Source: Octopus vulgaris
Lineage: Eukaryota
Reading direction: 5' to 3'
Assembly: GCA_951406725.2 (NCBI GenBank)
Contig: OX597816.1
Location: 33,976,001-34,040,000, forward strand
Length of the DNA: 64,000 nucleotides
Of the stretch, positions 38,541 through 52,999 are shown one piece after another. Each line of letters opens with the position of its first letter. The first letter of the stretch is position 1. A program made the translations under genes and the position numbers. Under the pieces are notes generated by a model. It was not told the DNA's origin. It was given only the letters and a program-made list of their open reading frames with translations, and did not search any database.

Positions 38541-41500
38541 TATACCACGTTACCCTCTCATATTTGTTAGAATATACTGCGTTACCCTCTCATATTTGTT
38601 AGAATATACTGCGTTACCCTCTCATATTTGTTAGAATATACTGCGTTACCCTCTCATATTTGTTAGAATATACTGCGTTACCCTCTCATATTTGTTAGAA
38701 TATACTGCGTTACACTCTCATATTTGTTAGAATATACCGCGTTACCCTCTCATATTTGTTAGAATATACCGCGTTACCCTCTCATATTTGTTAGAATATA
38801 CTGCGTTACCCTCTCATATTTGTTAGAATATACCGCGTTACCCTCTCATATTTGTTAGAATATACTGCGTTACCCTCTCATATTTGTTAGAATATACTGC
38901 GTTACCCTCTCATATTTGTTAGAATATACTGCGTTACCCTCTCATATTTGTTAGAATATACTGCGTTACCCTCTCATATTTGTTAGAATATACTGCGTTA
39001 CCCTCTCATATTTGTTAGAATATACTGCGTTACCCTCTCATATTTGTTAGAATATACTGCGTTACCCTCTCATATTTGTTAGAATATACTGCGTTACCCT
39101 CTCATATTTGTTAGAATATACTGCGTTACCCTCTCATATTTGTTAGAATATACTGCGTTACCCTCTCATATTTGTTAGAATATACTGCGTTACCCTCTCA
39201 TATTTGTTAGAATATACTGCGTTACCCTCTCATATTTGTTAGAATATACTGCGTTACCCTCTCATATTTGTTAGAATATACTGCGTTACCCTCTCATATT
39301 TGTTAGAATATACTGCGTTACCCTCTCATATTTGTTAGAATATACCGCGTTACCCTCTCATATTTGTTAGAATATACTGCGTTACCCTCTCATATTTGTT
39401 AGAATATACCGCGTTACCCTCTCATATTTGTTAGAATATACCGCGTTACCCTCTCATATTTGTTAGAATATACTGCGTTACCCTCTCATATTTGTTAGAA
39501 TATACCGCGTTACCCTCTCATATTTGTTAGAATATACTGCGTTACCCTCTCATATTTGTTAGAATATACTGCGTTACCCTCTCATATTTGTTAGAATATA
39601 CTGCGTTACCCTCTCATATTTGTTAGAATATACCGCGTTACCCTCTCATATTTGTTAGAATATACTGCGTTACCCTCTCATATTTGTTAGAATATACTGC
39701 GTTACCCTCTCATATTTGTTAGAATATACTGCGTTACCCTCTCATATTTGTTAGAATATACTGCGTTACCCTCTCATATTTGTTAGAATATACTGCGTTA
39801 CCCTCTCATATTTGTTAGAATATACTGCGTTACCCTCTCATATTTGTTAGAATATACTGCGTTACCCTCTCATATTTGTTAGAATATACTGCGTTACCCT
39901 CTCATATTTGTTAGAATATACTGCGTTACCCTCTCATATTTGTTAGAATATACCGCGTTACCGTCTCATATTTGTTAGAATATACTGCGTTACCCTCTCA
40001 TATTTGTTAGAATATACCGCGTTACCCTCTCATATTTGTTAGAATATACCGCGTTACCCTCTCATATTTGTTAGAATATACTGCGTTACCCTCTCATATT
40101 TGTTAGAATATACCGCGTTACCCTCTCATATTTGTTAGAATATACTGCGTTACCCTCACATATTTGTTAGAATATACTGCGTTACCCTCTCATATTTGTT
40201 AGAATATACTGCGTTACCCTCTCATATTTGTTAGAATATACTGCGTTACCCTCTCATATTTGTTAGAATATACTGCGTTACCCTCTCATATTTGTTAGAA
40301 TATACTGCGTTACCCTCTCATATTTGTTAGAATATACTGCGTTACCCTCTCATATTTGTTAGAATATACTGCGTTACCCTCTCATATTTGTTAGAATATA
40401 CTGCGTTACCCTCTCATATTTGTTAGAATATACTGCGTTACCCTTTCATATTTGTTAGAATATACTGCGTTACCCTCTCATATTTGTTAGAATATACTGC
40501 GTTACCCTCTCATATTTGTTAGAATATACTGCGTTACCCTCTCATATGTGTTAGAATATACCGCATTACCCTCTCATATTTGTTAGAATATACTGCGTTA
40601 CCCTCTCATATTTGTTAGAATATACTGCTACCCTCTCATATTTGTTAGAATATACTGCGTTACCCTCTCATATTTGTTAGAATATACTTACCCTCTCATA
40701 TTTGTTAGAATATACCCGTTACCCTCTCATATTTGTTAGAATATACTGCGTTACCCTCTCATATTTGTTAGAATATACTGCGTTACCCTCTCATATTTGT
40801 TAGAATATACCGCATTACCCTCTCATATTTGTTAGAATATACTGCGTTACCCTCTCATATTTGTTAGAATATACTGCGTTACCCTCTCATATTTGTTAGA
40901 ATATACTCGTTACCTCTCATATTTGTTAGAATATACGCGTTACCCTCTCATATTTGTTAGAATTACTATCTAATATTTGTTAGAATATACTGCGTTACCC
41001 TCTCATATTTGTTAGAATATACTGCGTTACCCTCTCATATTTGTTAGAATATACTGCGTTACCCTCTCATATTTGTTAGAATATACTGCGTTACCCTCTC
41101 ATATTTGTTAGAATATACTGCGTTACCCTCTCATATTTGTTAGAATATACTGCGTTACCCTCTCATATTTGTTAGAATATACTGCGTTACCCTCTCATAT
41201 TTGTTAGAATATACTGCGTTACCCTCTCATATTTGTTAGAATATACTGCGTTACCCTCTCATATTTGTTAGAATATACCTTACTCCATATTTGTTAGAAT
41301 ATACTCGTTACCCTCTCATATTTGTTAGTATACTTCCTCTCATATTTGTTAGAATATACTGCGTTACCCTCTCATATTTGTTAGAATATACTGCGTTACC
41401 CTCTCATATTTGTTAGAATATACTGCGTTACCCTCTCATATTTGTTAGAATATACTGCGTTACCCTCTCATATTTGTTAGAATATACTGCGTTACCCTCT

Positions 41501-44067
41501 CATATTTGTTAGAATATACTGCGTTACCCTCTCATATTTGTTAGAATATACTGCGTTATCTCATATTTGTTAGAATATACTGCGTTACCCTCTCATATTT
41601 GTTAGAATATACTGCGTTACCCTATATCATATTTGTTAGAATATACTGCGTTACCTCTCTATAGACTCGTTACTCTCTCATATTTGTTAGAATATACTGC
41701 GTTACCCTCTCATATTTGTTAGAATATACTGCGTTACCCTCTCATATTTGTAGAATATCTGCTTACCTCTCATATTTGTTAGAATATACTGCGTTACCCT
41801 CTCATATTTGTTAGAATATACTGCGTTACCCTCATATTTGTTAGAATATACTGCGTTACCCTCTCATATTTGTTAGAATATACTGCGTTACCCATATTTG
41901 TTAGAATATACTTACCTCATATTTGTTAGAATATACGCGTCTAATTTGTTAAATTACTGCATTACCCTCTCATATTTGTTAGAATATACTGCGTTACCCT
42001 CTCATATTTGTTAGAATATACTGCGTTACCCTCTCATATTTGTTAGAATATACTGCGTTACCCTCTCATATTTGTTAGAATATACTGCGTTACCCTCTCA
42101 TATTTGTTAGAATATACTGCGTTACCCTCTCATATTTGTTAGAATATACTGCGTTACCCTCTCATATTTGTTAGAATATACTGCGTTACCCTCTCATATT
42201 TGTTAGAATATACTGCGTTACCCTCTCATATTTGTTAGAATATACTGCGTTACCCTCTCATATTTGTTAGAATATACTGCGTTACCCTCTCATATTTGTT
42301 AGAATATACTGCGTTACCCTCTCATATTTGTTAGAATATACTGCGTTACCCTCTCATATTTGTTAGAATATACTGCGTTACCCTCTCATATTTGTTAGAA
42401 TATACTGCGTTACCCTCTCATATTTGTTAGAATATACTGCGTTACCCTCTCATATTTGTTAGAATATACTGCGTTACCCTCTCATATTTGTTAGAATATA
42501 CCGCGTTACCCTCTCATATTTGTTAGAATATACCGCGTTACCCTCTCATATTTGTTAGAATATACCGCGTTACCCTCTCATATTTGTTAGAATATACCGC
42601 GTTACCCTTTCATATTTGTTAGAATATACTGCGTTACCCTCTCATATTTGTTAGAATATACTGCGTTACCCTCTCATATTTGTTAGAATATACTGCGTTA
42701 CCCTCTCATATTTGTGTTAGAATATACCGCATTACCTCTCTCATATTTGTTAGAATATACTGCGTTACCCTCTCATATTTGTTAGAATATACTGCGTTAC
42801 CCTCTCATATTTGTTAGAATATACTGCGTTACCCTCTCATATTTGTTAGAATATACTGCGTTACCCTCTCATATTTGTTAGAATATACTGCGTTACCCTC
42901 TCATATTTGTTAGAATATACTGCGTTACCCTCTCATATTTGTTAGAATATACTGCGTTACCCTCTCATATTTGTTAGAATATACTGCGTTACCCTCTCAT
43001 ATTTGTTAGAATATACTGCGTTACCCTCTCATATTTGTTAGAATATACTGCGTTACCCTCTCATATTTGTTAGAATATACTGCGTTACCCTCTCATATTT
43101 GTTAGAATATACTGCGTTACCCTCTCATATTTGTTAGAATATACCGCGTTACCCTCTCATATTTGTTAGAATATACTGCGTTACCCTCTCATATTTGTTA
43201 GAATATACCGCGTTACCCTCTCATATTTGTTAGAATATACCGCGTTACCCTCTCATATTTGTTAGAATATACTGCGTTACCTCTCATATTTGTTAGAATA
43301 TACCGCGTTACCCTCTCATATTTGTTAGAATATACTGCGTTACCCTCTCATATTTGTTAGAATATACTGCGTTACCCTCTCATATTTGTTAGAATATACT
43401 GCGTTACCCTCTCATATTTGTTAGAATATACCGCGTTACCCTCTCATATTTGTTAGAATATACTGCGTTACCCTCTCATATTTGTTAGAATATACTGCGT
43501 TACCCTCTCATATTTGTTAGAATATACTGCGTTACCCTCTCATATTTGTTAGAATATACTGCGTTACCCTCTCATATTTGTTAGAATATACTGCGTTACC
43601 CTCTCATATTTGTTAGAATATACTGCGTTACCCTCTCATATTTGTTAGAATATACTGCGTTACCCTCTCATATTTGTTAGAATATACTGCGTTACCCTCT
43701 CATATTTGTTAGAATATACCGCATTACCCTCTCATATTTGTTAGAATATACTGCGTTACCCTCTCATATTTGTTAGAATATACTGCGTTACCCTCTCATA
43801 TTTGTTAGAATATACTGCGTTACCCTCTCATATTTGTTAGAATATACTGCGTTACCCTCTCATATTTGTTAGAATATACTGCGTTACCCTCTCATATTTG
43901 TTAGAATATACTGCGTTACCCTCTCATATTTGTTAGAATATACTGCGTTACCCTCTCATATTTGTTAGAATATACTGCGTTACCCTCTCATATTTGTTAG
44001 AATATACCGCGTTACCCTCTCATATTTGTTAGAATATACCGCGTTACCCTCTCATATTTGTTAGAAT
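38541..44067. repeat. 32-bp minisatellite array, ~170 copies (CTGCGTTACCCTCTCATATTTGTTAGAATATA)
   Basis: Phase recurs every 480 bp (15x32); common T/C variant in TATAC(T/C)GC; no spacers. Confidence 0.98.
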
Positions 44068-45141
44068 GAATGTATTATAGTTTTTATATAGAGTGCTTAT
44101 GATACATGTGTACACACTTTAGTGTAAAAACTTAATGGTTAAATTAGTTTAGAGGTAACAAAAGAGGCGACATATATTATTTCACTACTTTTTACCCTTC
44201 TAATAATATTTCGAAATGGCTTTTGAAGTATTACAAAATAATCCTGGTACAACAAATTCTGAAGCAAGAATAATTAAATATTTACAAATTCTCTTATATT
44301 TTGTACCGTCATGACTTCACCACAACCTCTATGAAATAAATATCTCTGCAATATAGCAGAGACCTTCATGAAAAATAAATTAATTGTTCTCCTTTGTCAT
44401 ATAGTCATTGCGCTCGCGTAATCTGTGTTGGCGTGCGTCTGCCTGTCTTTGTGTGTGTGTGTGTGAGCGCAGTCGTGTATTTATATTACACATTAATCCA
44501 TCGACTGTCGCAGGTGTTACGTTCTAAAACCTCCCACAGAAATAATTAAAATCTATAAAAAAATACATAAATACGTATCGGCTGCAGAAAACCGCGATAT
44601 ACCGAGGAGTCCGCGATACTAACTTACATATATTAACCAGAAAAATCCTTGATGTACTGCGTGTACGACAGGTGAACCGCGATGTACTGATGGCAAGATA
44701 GATGAACTGCGATATGGCGATGGGTTACTGTATTATATTTGATATACAGTAATTCGTCGACTGTCGCGGTGTAAATACGCGAAGTAGAAATAATACTGTA
44801 TATGTTTTTATTATTTTTATAATCTTCTAATATAATAATGGGTGTAGTGTTTTTATGTATATATTTATATGCATTTGTCCAAAATCACGTAGTGGGAGGA
44901 ATGCGAGGAAGAGTAGTAAAGTGAAGTGAGAGGAACGAAAATAGTCATTCAATAAAGTAGAATATTGAGAGTAATTGTTATGACAGAAGGAATGACAGAA
45001 AGTAATAGCAATGAGAGAGAGAGGACTTGGTAGAGAGATTGTCATGAACACAATTAACTAAAGAGGTGAAGTGAGAGTACATTGCTGCGATATAAACGAA
45101 GTTGCGAGTGTGTTTATACTTTTGTCATCGTGTATTTACGC

Positions 45142-45198
<57 letters not shown>

Positions 45199-45228
45199 CA
45201 CACACATACACATACACACAGAGACAAA

Positions 45229-46215
<987 letters not shown>

Positions 46216-47139
46216 ATATTGTAATGAAGGATATACAGCGATCAAATATGCATTATCTATTCCAACATAAGAACAATCTATCTATAAATGCTTGTATTTT
46301 TAAAAATGTGAGCCTTTGGGGTACAGTTTTGGTTCGTGAATGTTAGGATACTTCATTTTTTATATATTTACGACAGAGGCACTATTAATAACTGGATGTA
46401 TTAATTAATGTATAATTAATTTATAGCGGTATTTATCATGAGAAAATAGAAACCAGTACGAGCATTTCTCTCAAGGTAACTACTGTGGTAACGTTTGTTC
46501 TGACGGAACATTCATACTTAAGTGGGGATAAATATTGCTTCATATTTATCTTACAAATAACTGGCTTAGTGAAATAGTAAATATAAATTAAAGATGTTTT
46601 GTGAAAGAGTTATTTTCAGTTATAAACCATCGCCGTCTACAAAATTTGGCTCTGCGCAATGTGAGTATCAATAATTATTTCGAATATAAGCACAAGCCTA
46701 GAGATTTTTATGAGAATAGAGCAGTCAATTATATCAAAGCACACAAATATCTTGGGAATGAACATAGTAAAAAGAACAGTTTTATTCTGTAAAATACAAG
46801 TCTCTGATAAAACGCGAGCATGAAATTACGTACAGCTATTTTTTCCGCTGAGAAATTATTTTATAATCTGATCAGTGTTTTGAGTTGGCCTTTGTACATT
46901 CTTTTGAACCTTGATATCTTCTAGAAATTAATGGAATTTGGCATTTCATGCTATAAGTGTCGATGGTTGATTTAATCTTTTATCATATATTTATTTCATT
47001 CATTAGTCTGGGGTCACACTGGAATATTTTAGCCGAACAAATCGATCCCAAATAATATTTCTTAATATTTTTTGAGCCTAGAACATATTCTATCCGGCTC
47101 TTTCTTGAGCTGTTATGTTATGGAAAAGTAAACCAACCA

Positions 47140-47730
47140 ACACTATCTCTCAAATAGTGTGCGGAACCAATACAGACATACATATACAAATAAACACGTA
47201 CGCACACACATACATACACACACATACACCATTGAACCAATTTGCTGACATTTCTGATAGCACACAGGTATCGATGAATTGACGAGTGACCAAATTCAAG
47301 CATTTTGCTTGTTCCACCCCAGTTTACAGGATGCCATCGTCAAGCTCCACTGATCTACCAGGACGAGACTCGTCTACTAGTTTGTAGTTTCCGGCTCGGA
47401 TTTTCTGGAACAACCATTGACACTGGCTCGCGCTTATTGTCTGATCCCCATATACTCCATTAATATTCCTCGCACTTACACTTGCGTTGTTGCATTTATT
47501 GAACTCATTAAGCAAAATATAGGGAATATGCACTTTGTCACTCCCATTATAGCTTTGAATCAATAACTGTTAAAATCGAAATACAATCTTCAAATTTTTC
47601 ACTAAGAATTACTATAATGGAAAATCACCACCTGCTTATATAGAAATTTATGGCAGGTATTTTATGCCGTTCCCTCCGACTTTTAATTCCTGCAATTGTA
47701 AAAAATCGCGTTATTTAAGGGATGACCCAA
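47140..47730 (-). mobile_element. mariner 5' fragment
   Basis: TA|TTGGGTCATCCCTTAAATAACGCG TIR; HIPYILLNEFNK..ARNINGVYG..LVDESRPGRS; KLVQW...VPH split by a (TG)n tract. Confidence 0.8.
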
Positions 47731-47966
47731 TACATACATGTGTGTGTGTGTGTGTGTGTGCATAAGAAAAAATAAGACAAGGTAGAAATGGCAAAAATAA
47801 TTTTATCATATAGAACATTATAGTACCAGTTTCAGTCTTTGCGTCTCTTTCAAGTAAGAGTAAATCATGAAAAGCAATTAAATTGTAAAAAAAAAAATCA
47901 AATGAAATTGTTTTTAAAATATTTCCAGAGTTTTCAGATACAAATGGTATTTTCCTTTTTCTGTCT

Positions 47967-48007
<41 letters not shown>

Positions 48008-48061
48008 TCTCTTTCTTGTGTGATGCTGGGTAGTAAGTAGTAGGCAGTAGCAGATATATAT

Positions 48062-48096
<35 letters not shown>

Positions 48097-48281
48097 GGAT
48101 AAGATCGTTATTTAGATATCGACTTCACTCTAAAACCACCTTAAATGTTCAAAAACAACATGAGAGAAGACAAAATGACAAAATATACTAGAAGAAATTA
48201 CGGGATAATTCCAGATCCTGGATTTCTGGGTCTGCATCAGAAATGCTTTGTCTCTTCAATAGAATATACGCAGTACATAAA

Positions 48282-48328
<47 letters not shown>

Positions 48329-48335
<7 letters not shown>

Positions 48336-48472
48336 ACGAATACATACATATACGAGCGTATACATACTTATATATATGCACGTATGCACCCAATCAGTTT
48401 AAATTGCCCGCCTGACAACACCTCCTGTGATATGGACAAATATACCACCGCAGTGTGTATAATGACGAAATA

Positions 48473-48544
<72 letters not shown>

Positions 48545-48680
48545 GTACGAATACTTAAATATACGAACGTATACATACATATATATGCACGTATGCTCCC
48601 GAGCAGTTTAAATTACCCGTCTGAAAACTCATGAGATATGGTCAAGTATATCACTGCAGTTAATATAATGACGAATTAAA
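48329..48680. repeat. Diverged tandem duplication (~145 bp units separated by (TA)n)
   Basis: aaac(a/g)tacgaatac..gcacgtatgc..cagtttaaatt.cccg.ctga.aac..gatatgg..ataatgacgaa occurs twice. Confidence 0.8.
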
Positions 48681-48849
48681 TATATAAATTTATATAAATA
48701 AGGATCAATTGAAATGTCAACTTTCATGCTTCATTTTTCTCTTTCTTCATTTCCTTATTCTTTTACTTCTGTCCGGTATTCTTTTTTCCAATAATAATGT
48801 ATATGACTTGATGTTTGCCTTACCTTAACGTTTGTTGTCCCCTTTTACG

Positions 48850-48898
<49 letters not shown>

Positions 48899-48901
48899 AT
48901 C

Positions 48902-48949
<48 letters not shown>

Positions 48950-48951
<2 letters not shown>

Positions 48952-49512
48952 CATAGAAGTAAATAAATGGCACAACGAAGTACCGATATTTACTGGAAAT
49001 AGCGAACGTAATAATACGACGCTAACGTATAGCTTCACCGCGTATGTACTAGCAAAAATGCGTGAGTGCAACAAACTTGAAAAAAATTGTCTTACCTCCA
49101 GGGAGAACATCTGAAAGATGAAATACCTAGAAAAGGATAATGTGGGACCGGAGCCGGTTTCAGATTTTTCAAGATGTGCCTCCACACATATACTTGATCT
49201 ATTTTCATCAGTCAAACATATACCACGACAACATTTCAGATGTTACCACATTAATGCCAATACACTCGACTGAAACGCCGAAACGCTAACAGAACGAGAA
49301 CGGTGAAGAAGCTTCAATAAAATTAGTAGTGCAATACGAAAGTATTGCTTTCCAGTAAAGAATAGCCCGCGAGGGAAAAATAGCGTCGTATTATTACGTT
49401 CGCTATTTCCAGTAAATATCGGTACTTCGTTGTGCCATTTATTTACTTCTATGTATATTTTTCCCTCGCGGGCTATTCTTTACTGGAAAGCAATACTTTC
49501 GTATTGCACTAC

Positions 49513-49520
<8 letters not shown>
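48950..49520. mobile_element. (TA)n-flanked PLE/retrozyme-like element with A..B-A'-B' inverted architecture and hammerhead motif (family D)
   Basis: A (48951-49024) is reverse-complemented at 49381-49454; B (49318-49382) is reverse-complemented at 49456-49520; hammerhead core on the minus strand at 49141-49217. Confidence 0.75.
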
Positions 49521-49558
<38 letters not shown>

Positions 49559-49574
49559 CATGTACGATGTGTTT

Positions 49575-49725
49575 CTTTCTGTACACGTCAACCACATGCT
49601 TTTACAAGGATTTGTTCGGTGCGAGGCTAATGTAAAAGACATCTAAACAAGTTACCACGCAGTGGGACTGAATGCTGGTGCATGTGGTAGAGAAGCAAAC
49701 TATTCACCATACAGCTGCGCCTGCG
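49575..49725 (-). mobile_element. Diverged SINE family 1 5' half
   Basis: ccacgcagtgggactgaa..catgtgg..aagcaa..cctgcgc. Confidence 0.7.
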
Positions 49726-50313
49726 CAAATGTATGTTCCACGTGGAATAAAAAGTATGACCTCACTGACGTATCGTACTGTGTATCGAATCATCAGTCCA
49801 TTACGAAATAATTATCTGAGGTAAAAAAAAAAACAAATCATACATGAGCATGTGATTTGATCTCACGAAACAATCGATAGGAGATAAATACTTGAAACAC
49901 ACCCAACTTAATCTCCATTTCAAAACTAAAGTTTCAATAAACCCACTGGGAAAGGAAGAAGCAACTAAAACAACTCTAGATTAAACTATTGATAGAGTTG
50001 AATTTTCAACTTTTCGCTTTTGAAAGCGTGATATTTTCTAAGCATAATTTCATTTCTTTCATCTCTGTGTAACTCTTTGGAATATCTGATTGCAATTTTG
50101 TTCTCCAGATCGCAGAGACATTCTTGGCTTTAGAGTTCTATTTTAAGAGATTTCTAGTGCTTTTAGCCTGGAGTTGTTCAAAATGTCAAAACATTAGATA
50201 CATTTTTTTAAAATAAATAAAATACGAATATATGCTGCATTCTGAAAGCTGTATGTTCAGTTCACGTATTCGTTCACTTTCCACTTTCTCTTTTGGTCTC
50301 TCACTCCACTCAC

Positions 50314-50374
<61 letters not shown>

Positions 50375-50449
50375 ATATATATCTGTGTATATGCGTTTAT
50401 ATATATATATATATATAGATGGATAGATAGATGTGTGTGTGATCGTGCA

Positions 50450-50780
50450 TAGATCAAAAGTTAAAATGTCGGGGCTCACAACTGTGAATTGAGTTCGATT
50501 CCTGGGCAGGGTTGTGTGTTCTGTTCTTGAGCAAGACACAGCATTTCACGTTTGGCCAGGTCACTCAGCTTTAGAAGTGAGTGGTGTTGTCACTAGTGCC
50601 AAGTCGTGTCGGCATTTGCATTTTATCGGGATAACACCAGAGTCATGGGGAGGGGAGGCTGGTACGCATGGGTGACTGCTGATCTTCCACAAACAAGCTC
50701 GCCCGGACTTGTGCTTTGGAGGGAAACATTTTAGGTGCAATCCCATAGTCTTTTTTGAACAGAGGGTATCTTTACTCTTT
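50450..50780 (+). mobile_element. tRNA-derived SINE, third family
   Basis: B-box GAGTTCGATTCC followed by TTGAGCAAGACAC; short CTTTA-type tail. Confidence 0.6.
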
Positions 50781-50998
50781 GCAATTACACATACACCCAT
50801 ACATTCACTCACACATTCACACACAGACAGACAGACACACACACACGCATACACACACATATATATAAACACTTACACGCGTTCGGACACATATGCAAAA
50901 ACTCACTCACTCACTTATGTATATTTTATATATTACCTGACTCCTCAGAATATTCAGCAGCTAGAAATATCATGATGTGTGAAGTTGAAAACCTAGAT

Positions 50999-51232
50999 CA
51001 GTGGTTTCTAAATATTTCGGACTGCCGCCCCTTGACACTCGATCCACATTCCTAGCACCCCTTTCCCCTCAACACCACAATCATAGACAAATACATCAAA
51101 GTCAAAGCAACAGTATTTCACAAACAAAACTTAATGTAATTAACCCATTACCTTTTCAGGAGATGGGCAACCCCCTTCTTGAACTTTCTACTGGCCACAG
51201 GAGGGCAGTATAGCCCACTTTGTGAACCACTT
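50999..51232. mobile_element. hAT (Charlie-type) MITE
   Basis: CAGTGGTT...AACCACTT termini with 8-bp TSD-like ACCTAGAT / GTCTAGAT (NTCTAGAN target preference of Charlie elements). Confidence 0.75.
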
Positions 51233-51394
51233 GTCTAGATGAATGGACAAGATTGAAGATATTATTGAAACAATGAAATCATAAATATTAAGGCTAATCC
51301 TAAACAATTTTAAAGTCAGAATATGCGTGGAAATATTTAAAATGCAGTAGAAAATATCTTACTCTGAATATTGGTAGATGCATATACCGAAGAT

Positions 51395-51495
51395 ATAGTA
51401 GACGACACTTGCCTAAGGTGCCACGCAGTGGGACTGAACACGGAATCATGTGGTTGGGAAGTAAGCTTGTTACTAAACAACCCACGCCTGCGCCT
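51395..51495 (-). mobile_element. SINE family 1 head fragment
   Basis: gacacttgcctaaggtgccacgcagtgggactgaac..cctgcgcc. Confidence 0.8.
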
Positions 51496-52340
51496 ACATA
51501 TAATTTTATATTAATGCACATGTAATTGATTTTTCCATCGAACAGTTTCACATTTACAAATGTGCATGATAGCTCGCTGGTACTGGTGGCGAATCGTTTC
51601 TACTGACGACGACCTACATGAGAATCTATATGAGATTCCTCAACCTGCTAGAAATAACAATTGTAAATTCCTTAAATTAAAACCTACTATCTTTCGAAAA
51701 GTTTTGAAAATGCAATGATAAACACGTTATAGCAGAAAACAAAACAGATTAGTTGATCACGATTGTAATGCCTTCGAGCAGATGTCTATTCTGTCAGAGG
51801 TGGGTTTTTTGTCATGAACATCAGGAGCAACAAAATATCATCACTCAAAAAAAAAAAAAATTAAAAGAAACAAAAAAAAACAACAAATAATAATAATATG
51901 ATTGTAATAAACACCAGGATAAAATCCTACGTGGTCTCTTGACATGCTAGAAATCATAATCGGGTATACAGTTATGACATATAATAAATACTGAACATAT
52001 TGAATAGCAGAAGCCAAAGAACCATTTCATCCCAAAAGATGAATTAGGGTCGGTTAGAACGCATATGATCATACGGCGAGTGCACCAGTGTTCATCTGGG
52101 TCTACAAAGCAATGCCAGCATCATCGAAACAACAATTAAATATACGTTGATATATTATTCAATTGTTTTTTGAGGAGCAGTATTTAAGTATGTATATGTG
52201 TAGGTTTTCGTATCTTTAGAGCAACTTTTATTGACTTTTAGCGAATATAACTATATGCGAATCTAATAAATTCGATACGCCATCTTGCTAAAAATAGGGA
52301 ATTAAAACTTGGGTAATATAACGATGGTATCTTGCATCCT

Positions 52341-52750
52341 TTACCTCTCACTTGTTCCAGCCACTAGACTGAGGCCATGCTGCAGCAACGCCTTGAAGAA
52401 TTTATATTAGTCGATTTTTTAAAAGCATAGTAATTATCTAATAGGTTTCTTTTGTCGTAACTCTAAGTTACGAGGACGTAAGCACACCAACACCATTTGT
52501 TAGTCATTGGTTTAGGAAAACTCTGACACAAACACAAACACACAGACGCACATAAACATACACACACACACGCATACACATATATAGGACGGGATTAATT
52601 CTGCTTCCGTCTATCAAATCCACACACAAGGCCTTGTACGGCCCAATGATATAGCAGGAAGTTCTTACCCAAGGTGCCACGAATTGGAAATGAATACGAA
52701 ACCATGTGGTTGGGAAGCAACATTCTTACCACAAAGCAACGTCTGAGCCT
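52341..52750 (-). mobile_element. Old diverged SINE family 1
   Basis: gactgaggccatgctg..caaatccacacacaaggc..ccaaggtgccacg..gaaaccatgtggttgggaagcaa. Confidence 0.75.
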
Positions 52751-52828
52751 ATGAAAATTTCTACCCCATTCTCTTTATTTCTATCTGTCTATCTAGCTAT
52801 GTGTGTAGCAATCTACCTACCTATTTGA

Positions 52829-52905
<77 letters not shown>

Positions 52906-52999
52906 CATACTTTGATACTTTGATACTTTGATAGGTTTCGGCCATTATTGGCCCAGGCCATGTCTAACTTAATAGCACCACCTGGTGAAGTCTTTCAAG

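Noticed and set aside
38541-44067. CRISPR array
   Set aside because: Units are contiguous with no unique spacers, there are no cas genes, and the context is eukaryotic.
48200-48250. Hammerhead-like CUGAUGC..GGAA on the minus strand
   Set aside because: Both core segments deviate and the stems are unconvincing.
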